Assembly (NCBI GenBank): GCA_963422375.2 | Contig: OY729428.2 | Coordinates: 416,001-480,000 of the forward strand | DNA length: 64,000 bases | Reading direction: 5' to 3' | Origin: Bryobacterales bacterium | GTDB taxonomy: Bacteria; Acidobacteriota; Terriglobia; Bryobacterales; UBA6623 | Shown: positions 11,160 through 18,386 of the stretch, in pieces | How the letters are laid out: each line of letters opens with the position of its first letter | How positions within the stretch are numbered: the stretch's first letter is position 1 | Made by a program: the position numbers and the translations under genes | Notes under the pieces: generated by a model | Databases searched by the model: none | What the model was told of the DNA's origin: nothing | What the model saw: only the letters and a program-made list of their open reading frames with translations

Positions 11160-11626
11160 CGCTGCGCACGGAATCGGCGGACGAGACCTTCGCGGCGGGC
11201 GCGCGCATAGCCGCCCGGTTGCGCCCCCCGGCCGTGGTGATGCTGGTCGGCGACCTCGGCGTGGGCAAGACCACCCTCGCCAAGGGGATCGTGTCGGCGC
11301 TCGGAGCCGCGCCGGCCGAGGACGTGCTCAGCCCCACGTTCTCCCTCGTCCACGCATACGGCTCGGACCCAAAGGTCTATCACCTCGATCTCTACCGGCT
11401 CGATACCGTGCCGGAGCTCGAGACGCTGGGCCTCGAGGACATCTGGGACGAGCGCGCCGTCGTGGTGGTGGAGTGGGGGGAGAAGTTCGATCGCCAGATG
11501 CCAGGCGAGCGGCTCGAGGTCCGCATGGAATACGACGGCGAGGACTCGCGCGTCATCCGAATCGAGGAGCCGTCGCGGCAGCCCGGGCGCGGGCGAGCCG
11601 TCGGTATAATTCCGAGCGGGCCGTGA
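11156..11626 (+). CDS. tsaE: tRNA t6A biosynthesis ATPase
   Basis: GDLGVGKTT, SPTFSL, HLDLYRL, VEWGE; GTG start overlapping the nnr stop. Confidence 0.95.
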   Translation: MTLRTESADETFAAGARIAARLRPPAVVMLVGDLGVGKTTLAKGIVSALGAAPAEDVLSPTFSLVHAYGSDPKVYHLDLYRLDTVPELETLGLEDIWDERAVVVVEWGEKFDRQMPGERLEVRMEYDGEDSRVIRIEEPSRQPGRGRAVGIIPSGP

Positions 11627-12210
11627 TCGCAGCACTGCGCGGAACGCTGGCGGACAAGCAGGCCGGGAAGGTGATTGTCGACGCCGGCGGCGTCGGCTAC
11701 GAAGTCTCTATCCCCGTCGAGACCTACAGCCGCCTCGGAGAGCCGGGCGAGGAGATCTCGCTCCATATCCACACGCATATGCGCGAGAACATCCTGGCGC
11801 TGTTCGGCTTCCACAGCCGCAGCGACAAGGAGCTCTTCGAGAGGTTCCTCGACGTCGCCGGTGTCGGCCCGCGCCTGGCCCTCGCGCTCCTGTCGGGCCT
11901 GACCGCGCCGGAACTGGTCCGGGCGATCCGCTCGGGCGACTTGAAGCGGCTCGTCCGCATTCCCGGCGTCGGCAAGAAGACGGGCGAGCGGATTGTCCTA
12001 GAATTGAGGGACAAGCTCGACGCATTCGACGGCATCGAGGACGGCGCGCAGCGGGAACTGGCCGTCGATGACGACGTGGTCTCCGTGCTGGTCAATCTCG
12101 GCTCCAGCGAGGACAGCGCCGCCCGGGCTGTCCGCGAGGCGCGCCGCAAGGGGGCGTCGGACCGGTTCGACGAGCTGTTCCGCCTAGCGATGACGTCGCT
12201 CAAGCGCTAG
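11623..12210 (+). CDS. ruvA: Holliday junction branch migration protein
   Basis: MIAALRG, GGVGYEV, LFGF, GVGPRLAL, PGVGKKT.ERI. Confidence 0.96.
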   Translation: MIAALRGTLADKQAGKVIVDAGGVGYEVSIPVETYSRLGEPGEEISLHIHTHMRENILALFGFHSRSDKELFERFLDVAGVGPRLALALLSGLTAPELVRAIRSGDLKRLVRIPGVGKKTGERIVLELRDKLDAFDGIEDGAQRELAVDDDVVSVLVNLGSSEDSAARAVREARRKGASDRFDELFRLAMTSLKR

Positions 12211-12218
12211 CAGGCGCC

Positions 12219-13244
12219 ATGGCCCGGAAGCGCATCATAAGCCCGGAAGAGTCGGACCAAGACCGCCACTTCGACGTGGCGCTGCGTCCGAAGCGCCTCG
12301 CGGAATTCGTCGGCCAGAGCGCGCTCAAGGAAAACCTGGCCATCGCGATCGAGGCGGCGACTAAGCGCGAGGAGGCGCTCGACCACGTGCAGCTGTACGG
12401 CCCGCCCGGCCTCGGCAAGACGACCCTCGCGACGATCATCGCCAACGAGCTGGGCGTACAGGCCGACTACACCTCGGGCCCGGTGCTGCAGAGGAAGCTC
12501 GACCTGACGGGCATCCTGACGACCCTGAAGGAGCGCCAAGTCTTCTTCATCGACGAGATCCACCGCCTGCTGCCGGACGTCGAGGAAATGCTCTACTCGG
12601 CCATGGAGGACTTTCGCGTAGACCTCATCGTGGGCCAGGGCCCCGGAGCCCGCATGCACTCGATCCCAGTGAAGCCCTTCACCGCGATCGGAGCCACCAC
12701 GCGGCAGGGGCTGATCAGCGCGCCCCTGCGGTCGCGATTCGGCATCACCGCCCGGATCAACCCTTACGACACGGTCGACCTGACCCGGATCGTCTTCCGC
12801 TCGGCGGGGCTGCTCGAGGTCGAGCTCGGAGAAGAGGCCGCCGAGGAGATCGCGAGGAGATCGCGAGGCACGCCGCGCATCGCGAACCGGCTGCTGCGCC
12901 GGGTAAGGGACTACTGCGATGTCCGGGCAGAGGGCCGGGTCGACCACGAGACGGCCAGCGCGGCGCTCGATATGCTGGAGGTGGATCCGCTCGGCCTCGA
13001 CGAAGTGGATCGCAAGATCATGGAGACAGTACTCGCGAAGTACTCCGGAGGCCCGGTCGGCCTGACCACTATCTCGGCTTCGGTGGGCGAGGAGCCCAGC
13101 ACGATCGAGGAAGTCTACGAGCCCTACCTGATGCAGCTCGGCTTCCTCGACCGGACGCCCCGCGGCCGCGTCGGGACGATGACGGCGTACGAGCACTTCA
13201 ACCTGGCGCCGCCCGCCGGGCGGCAGCCCACCCTGCAGTTCTAG
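12219..13244 (+). CDS. ruvB: Holliday junction branch migration helicase
   Basis: LRPK, GPPGLGKTT, DEIHR, GATTR, RGTPRIANRLL, EPYL, RTPRGR. Confidence 0.98.
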   Translation: MARKRIISPEESDQDRHFDVALRPKRLAEFVGQSALKENLAIAIEAATKREEALDHVQLYGPPGLGKTTLATIIANELGVQADYTSGPVLQRKLDLTGILTTLKERQVFFIDEIHRLLPDVEEMLYSAMEDFRVDLIVGQGPGARMHSIPVKPFTAIGATTRQGLISAPLRSRFGITARINPYDTVDLTRIVFRSAGLLEVELGEEAAEEIARRSRGTPRIANRLLRRVRDYCDVRAEGRVDHETASAALDMLEVDPLGLDEVDRKIMETVLAKYSGGPVGLTTISASVGEEPSTIEEVYEPYLMQLGFLDRTPRGRVGTMTAYEHFNLAPPAGRQPTLQF

Positions 13245-13253
13245 TGAGCCTTC

Positions 13254-13889
13254 GTGAGGCGCGCTCCGCACTACATCGCGATCGAGGGTCCGCTGCGGGT
13301 CGGAAAGACCAGGCTGGCGACGGCGCTGGCTCAGCACATCCGCGGCCGCGCCCTGCTCGACCCGGCCCCGAACCCGCACCTCGAGGCCTTCTACCGGGGC
13401 CGGGCGGGCGCGGCCTTCCGCGCCCAAATGCACTTCCTGATCGGGCGCTACAGCCGTCTGGCCGAGGCCAACGTGGAGCGGGCGCACCTGCCCGTCGTCT
13501 CGGACTACCTGTTCGAGAAGGACAAGCTGTTCGCCTACCTCAACCTGGACGATGACGAGATCTCGATCTACGACGACTTCTACAAGCACTTCAAGAGCCG
13601 GCTGCCCGAACCCGATCTCGCCGTCTATCTCAAGGCCGGGCCGGAACACCTCAGGGCGCAGCTCGCGGCGGGCAAGCCCGGGTTCGAGTCGGGTATCGCC
13701 GACGCGTACCTGCAGCGCGCGGTGCGGGCGTTCGACCATTTCTTCAGCCGCTACAAGTCTGCCGACGTGCTGGTCGTCGACGCCGCCCAGGCGGACATCG
13801 AGAACAGCCCCGACGACCTCCGCAACCTGCTCGAGGAGCTGGGCAAGCCCGTAACCGGCACGCAGTTCTTCCTGCCGCTCGGCTCCTAG
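13254..13889 (+). CDS. Deoxynucleoside kinase family protein
   Basis: YIAIEGPLRVGKT P-loop, Q..FL..R, SDYLFEKD.LFA..NL, PDL.VYL. Confidence 0.85.
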   Translation: MRRAPHYIAIEGPLRVGKTRLATALAQHIRGRALLDPAPNPHLEAFYRGRAGAAFRAQMHFLIGRYSRLAEANVERAHLPVVSDYLFEKDKLFAYLNLDDDEISIYDDFYKHFKSRLPEPDLAVYLKAGPEHLRAQLAAGKPGFESGIADAYLQRAVRAFDHFFSRYKSADVLVVDAAQADIENSPDDLRNLLEELGKPVTGTQFFLPLGS

Positions 13890-13944
13890 CCAGGGCGGGC
13901 CAGCCGAAGATCCCGCTCCTTTCCCGGACCCGACCGAAACCCCC

Positions 13945-14811
13945 ATGCCCATCGACTGGACCAGCCTGCTCGCCGCATTCGGAGGCGGCCTCTTCGCCGC
14001 CGCGATCGGCACGCTGCCTTCGTTCGTGTTCACCGGCTTGCTCGTGCTGACCGGCGCTGCCGTGGCGGCTTCCGGCGGCGGCACCGGCGTGCTGGAGCAC
14101 GTCGCCTTCGGTCCCGTGTTCGGCCCGCACGTCGCGTTCGGAGGCGGCGCGGCGGCGACGGCCTACGCGTACCGCCGCGGCCTGATCCCCAGCGGCCGCG
14201 AGATCGCGCTTCCGCTGATGGGCCTGGACCGCCCCGACGTGCTGCTTGTCGGCGGTTGCTTCGGCGTCGCCGGCTACCTCCTCAACGCCGTATGGCAGCT
14301 GGCCGGTCTCGGTCCGCGGACCGACACGGTCGCGATGACGGTAGTGGTGTCCGCCATGATCGCGAGAGTCGCCTTCGGTCGCAGCGGTCTCGCGAGCAGG
14401 CCGTTCAAGCCGGACGAGCGGCACCACTGGGTGCGCCACCAGGAACGGCCAGCCCAATGCGCGTCCATCGGGCTCGGCGCCGGGCTGCTGGGCGCCTTCA
14501 TGGCGCTCGAGTTCGGGGCGGAGCGAGGCGGCGACGTCCTTGGTTTCGGCATCGCCGCAACGTCGCTGGTGTTCTCCCAGTTCGGGCTGAAGGTCCCGGT
14601 GACCCATCACATGGCGCTGCCGGCGGCGGCGGCGGCGCTGGCCTCGGGGAACATCCTCGCGGGCGCGGCCTTCGGGATTGTCGGGGCCTTCGCCGGCGAG
14701 GCCTTCTCGCGTGTGTTCCACCAGCACGGCGACACCCATGTCGACCCGCCCGCCGCCGGAATCGCGATCAGCGTGGCGCTAGCGAGGCTGATGTGGCCCC
14801 TCGGCCCGTAG
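13945..14811 (+). CDS. Uncharacterised polytopic membrane protein (putative permease)
   Basis: About 8-10 Gly/Ala-rich hydrophobic segments; motifs FGPHVAF, PVTHH, GDTHVDPP. Confidence 0.75.
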   Translation: MPIDWTSLLAAFGGGLFAAAIGTLPSFVFTGLLVLTGAAVAASGGGTGVLEHVAFGPVFGPHVAFGGGAAATAYAYRRGLIPSGREIALPLMGLDRPDVLLVGGCFGVAGYLLNAVWQLAGLGPRTDTVAMTVVVSAMIARVAFGRSGLASRPFKPDERHHWVRHQERPAQCASIGLGAGLLGAFMALEFGAERGGDVLGFGIAATSLVFSQFGLKVPVTHHMALPAAAAALASGNILAGAAFGIVGAFAGEAFSRVFHQHGDTHVDPPAAGIAISVALARLMWPLGP

Positions 14812-14904
14812 GCCCGCTCGGAGCGCCGCCAGCCCGAACGCCCGCGCCGCGGAGGCCTCGTCGCCCACCGGGCATGGCGGCAAAGTGTATGCTTAAGGCT
14901 GCTT

Positions 14905-16128
14905 ATGGGCTCGCGCTTCAAGGTCAGCGTCATCTGCAGCTCGTTCCTCGTGACGATCCTGCTGGTCGTGGGCGCGGTCCTCGGCAAGAGCGAGGAGCAG
15001 GAAGGAGCCTACCGCCCGCTCGCCGTGTACACGGAAATCCTTGCCCGGATCAAGAGCGATTACGTCGAGGAACCCGACATCCCGAGGGTCACGCGGGGGG
15101 CGATCCAAGGCTTGGTCGAGTATCTCGACCCGGCGTCGAGCTATCTCGTTCCGGACCAGTACGCCGCCTATCGCGAGGCCCTCGAATCGAGCGACGGCGG
15201 CACGGGGCTCGCCACGGGCATGGTAGTGCGAAAGCAAGGGACCTACACGAGCGTGCTGGCCGTGCTGCCGGGCTCCCCGGCCGCGAAGGCCGGCATCCGC
15301 ATGGACGACCTGCTGGACGCGGTCGACAACGTCAGCACGCGGGTGATGCCGCCGGCCTACTTGAAGGCGGTGCTCAGCGGGGACCCGGGCACGGAGGTCA
15401 CGGTGATGGTACGTCCCTCGTCGGACTACGACTCGCCCGTCGAGCGCACGCTGGTGCGCTACGAGCCGACTCTTCCGCCGGTGGAGTGGCGCTTGCGCGA
15501 CGACGGCGTCGGCTACATCGACGCGGACGCACTCGAGGCCGAGCAGGTGGCGCAGATCGGGAACGCCGCCAGGAGCTTGGAAACCGAGGGCGCGGAGAAG
15601 CTGATCCTCGACCTGCGCGGCAACGCCGTCGGCACGCCGGACGACGGCGTGGCGCTCGCCAACCTGTTCCTCGACGAAGGCACGATCGCGACGCTCGCCG
15701 GCCAGAGCTTCTCTGAGAAGATCTTCGCGGCCGACCCGGATTCCACCGTGACATCCCTGCCGGTGGCGCTGATCGTGGACCGTCCCACGGCCGGGGCGGC
15801 GGAGATCGCGGCGGCCGCGATCCAGCAAAACGACCGAGGCGAGGTCGTCGGCGAGGACTCCACCGGGCTGGCAGCCCTGCAGGAGACCATCGGACTAGAG
15901 GACGGCGCCGCCCTCATCCTGTCCGTCGCGACCTACCGCGGACCGGACGGGGAGGCGATCCACAACGAGGGAGTCGAGCCCGACCTCCCGGTCTCGCCCC
16001 GCGCCCTACGCCGCTACCGCGACATCCAGCACCGGATATTCGATTCGGAACAAGCCCGGCGCGCCGAAGAGGAGCGGGAGGGCGACCCCTTCCTCGAGAA
16101 GGCTCTCGAGGCCCTGAGCGGGCCGTAG
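14905..16128 (+). CDS. S41A/CtpA-like PDZ protein with catalytic Ser and Lys substituted (probable pseudoprotease)
   Basis: N-terminal signal/TM, I...YVEE, LDP.S.Y, PDZ (PGSPAAKAG), ILDLRGN, G..PD; TAGAAE instead of SASASE and STGL instead of TFGK. Confidence 0.85.
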   Translation: MGSRFKVSVICSSFLVTILLVVGAVLGKSEEQEGAYRPLAVYTEILARIKSDYVEEPDIPRVTRGAIQGLVEYLDPASSYLVPDQYAAYREALESSDGGTGLATGMVVRKQGTYTSVLAVLPGSPAAKAGIRMDDLLDAVDNVSTRVMPPAYLKAVLSGDPGTEVTVMVRPSSDYDSPVERTLVRYEPTLPPVEWRLRDDGVGYIDADALEAEQVAQIGNAARSLETEGAEKLILDLRGNAVGTPDDGVALANLFLDEGTIATLAGQSFSEKIFAADPDSTVTSLPVALIVDRPTAGAAEIAAAAIQQNDRGEVVGEDSTGLAALQETIGLEDGAALILSVATYRGPDGEAIHNEGVEPDLPVSPRALRRYRDIQHRIFDSEQARRAEEEREGDPFLEKALEALSGP

Positions 16129-16156
16129 TAGCCCGCCGCCCGGCGGCCATGCCGGG

Positions 16157-16495
16157 CTACTGCACCAATGTGCCGCGATTGACGGGCACGTCCCTGGGAT
16201 TCTCGATCCGAATCTCGCCGAAGGCGGACTCGTACTGCGCCACGTTCTGCGCGAGCACCAGATGGAGGGCCTTGGCCTGCTGAGGGCTCATGTACACGCC
16301 TTGGAATGACTGGAACGTGACATCGTTGCCGTCGCCCATCTTGAGGCGCCCGAACTGCAGGAAGAAGTCCCAGACGCTGACGTTGACCTGCACGCTGTTG
16401 GCGTAGCCCTCGCGGTAATCCTCCTGGCGCACGACTCGAACCTGGTCGTGCCGGGGGCGCTCCTGCACGGCGCCGGCCGGGGGCTTGGTGTCCAT
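16157..16495 (-). CDS. DUF3467-like small protein
   Basis: YANSVQV..S.WDFFLQFG...VYMSPQQAKAL..L..N...YE..FG.I. Confidence 0.85.
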   Translation of the reverse strand: MDTKPPAGAVQERPRHDQVRVVRQEDYREGYANSVQVNVSVWDFFLQFGRLKMGDGNDVTFQSFQGVYMSPQQAKALHLVLAQNVAQYESAFGEIRIENPRDVPVNRGTLVQ

Positions 16496-16879
16496 ACCTG
16501 ACTATTATGCATCCCCTGTCGGCTTGCGGAACGGGTCGCGAGGTGGCGGAACAGCCGGGCCACTCGGAGGGCCCGCGGCGGCACGGGCCAGTCTGCGGAG
16601 CACGCACGGGCACGAGCGAGGCCTAGGCAGGCGCGGCCAAACTCCCGCTGCCAGCGGCCCGCCGCGCGGCGGCCGCGGTCGAATGATGCCTGCGAGGCCT
16701 CGGGGTCGGCGGGGGCCGACAGGCCCGGTCGGCCAATGCCGCCCGCTGGATCGCCAAGCGGGCTCGCAGCGCCGCACGGCGCTGCGGATCCCAGCCGGCG
16801 CGGGCCGGCCGCACGGAATGCCGGGGCGCAAGCCGGCGCGGGCGGGCACCCGGTCTCTCTGGTAGGTTGAAGAGCCCGC

Positions 16880-18298
16880 GTGTTCCAACGCCATCAGCAG
16901 CGCGCGATCCTGCTGTTCGCTGCGGCCGACGCTGCCCTAGCGTCGATTTCCTTCGCCGCGGCCTACTGGACGCGCACCGGACTGCCGATAAGGGAGTTCC
17001 GGCTCGAGGCACCGACCGGGACGCTCGCCTTTATCGCCGCCACGGCGTCCGTCGTGATCTCCGGCAGGGTCACCGGAGCGTACGCCAGCCTATACGAAGC
17101 GGGCGTCCCCGGGGCCGTCGGCGCCACGGCGCGGCAGGCCGCGGCAACCGCGCTGTCGCTGCTGGCGTTCCTGTACCTGCTGAACCTGGACGTGCCTGTC
17201 AGCCGCCTATTCCTAGCCTTCTTCTTCGGCTTCCTGCTCGCGCTGCAGGTGGTCCAGCGCGTTCTGGCCGCCCGGTTTCGCGGCCAGCTGCGCAGGGCGC
17301 TCGGGACCGTGACGTCGGTCGTGGTTGTCGGCGACGGCGACAAGGCGGCGGAGATCGCGCGGCAGCTGGAATCCTCGGAGCGCCACGGCGTGCGGCTGCT
17401 CGGGATCGTCGGCTGCGGCGACCGGCTCGGGCGCGCCGTCACGCTGGGCCGGACCTACCGGGTCCGCCCGCTGGCCGAGCTGCCCGCCATGCTGGCCGGC
17501 GAGGCCATCGACGAGGTGCTGTTCGCCGTCTCCGGCGAGCGTCTGGGCGATCTCGAGGACGCGTTCATCCTGTGCGGCGAGCACGGCATCAAGACGCGGG
17601 TAGCGGCGGACTTCTTCCCCCACGCCCACAGCCGGGCGCGCTTCGACCGCCTCGGCGACCGCCCGATCCTGACCTTCTCGATCGGTCCCGACGACGACCT
17701 CCGGCTGCTCGCCAAGCGGTGCGCCGACCTGCTCGCCGCCGCCGCGGGCCTCGCGGCGCTGTGCCTGCCAATGGCCTTGGTCGCGTTGCTGGTAAGGACG
17801 ACCTCGACGGGGCCGGCACTCTTCCGCCAGCGGCGCTGCGGGCTGAACGGAAGGGTGTTCACCTGCTACAAGTTCCGCTCGATGGTCGCGGACGCGGAGG
17901 CGCGCCGCGAGGATCTGGAGCACCTCAACGAGAAGGACGGCCCGGCGTTCAAGATCCGCGACGACCCCCGCCTTACGCCGGTCGGAGGGTTCCTGCGACG
18001 CTACTCGGTCGACGAGTGGCCCCAGCTCTGGAACATCCTGCGGGGCGACATGTCGTTCGTCGGGCCGCGGCCGGCGGTCCCGTCGGAAGTGCAACGGTAC
18101 GAGACGTGGCAGCGCCGTCGGCTGCGCATGCGTCCGGGCCTGACCTGCCTGTGGGCGATCCGCGGACGGGACCGCCTCGACTTCGAGACGTGGATGCAGC
18201 TCGACCTGGAATACATCGATAGCTGGTCGCTCCTGCTCGATGCGAAGATCCTCGCCCTGACGGTGCCCGTAGTGCTGGCCGGCCGCGGCGCGAGCTGA
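16880..18298 (+). CDS. Polyprenyl-phosphate glycosylphosphotransferase (WcaJ-like sugar transferase)
   Basis: 4 N-terminal TMs, CoA-binding-like domain, KFRSM, DDPR.T..G.FLR..S.DE.PQL.N.L.GDMS.VGPRP, PGLT.LW. Confidence 0.94.
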   Translation: MFQRHQQRAILLFAAADAALASISFAAAYWTRTGLPIREFRLEAPTGTLAFIAATASVVISGRVTGAYASLYEAGVPGAVGATARQAAATALSLLAFLYLLNLDVPVSRLFLAFFFGFLLALQVVQRVLAARFRGQLRRALGTVTSVVVVGDGDKAAEIARQLESSERHGVRLLGIVGCGDRLGRAVTLGRTYRVRPLAELPAMLAGEAIDEVLFAVSGERLGDLEDAFILCGEHGIKTRVAADFFPHAHSRARFDRLGDRPILTFSIGPDDDLRLLAKRCADLLAAAAGLAALCLPMALVALLVRTTSTGPALFRQRRCGLNGRVFTCYKFRSMVADAEARREDLEHLNEKDGPAFKIRDDPRLTPVGGFLRRYSVDEWPQLWNILRGDMSFVGPRPAVPSEVQRYETWQRRRLRMRPGLTCLWAIRGRDRLDFETWMQLDLEYIDSWSLLLDAKILALTVPVVLAGRGAS

Positions 18299-18386
18299 AG
18301 CGGGCGCGCGGAGAGCGCCCCCGCGACGGCACCGGAGGCCGCCCGTGAGGCACCTTGGTATCCTCGTAGGCTCCCGGGATTCCCCC

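Noticed and set aside
11623..13244. Absence of ruvC beside ruvAB
   Set aside because: ruvC is often unlinked; not informative from one window.
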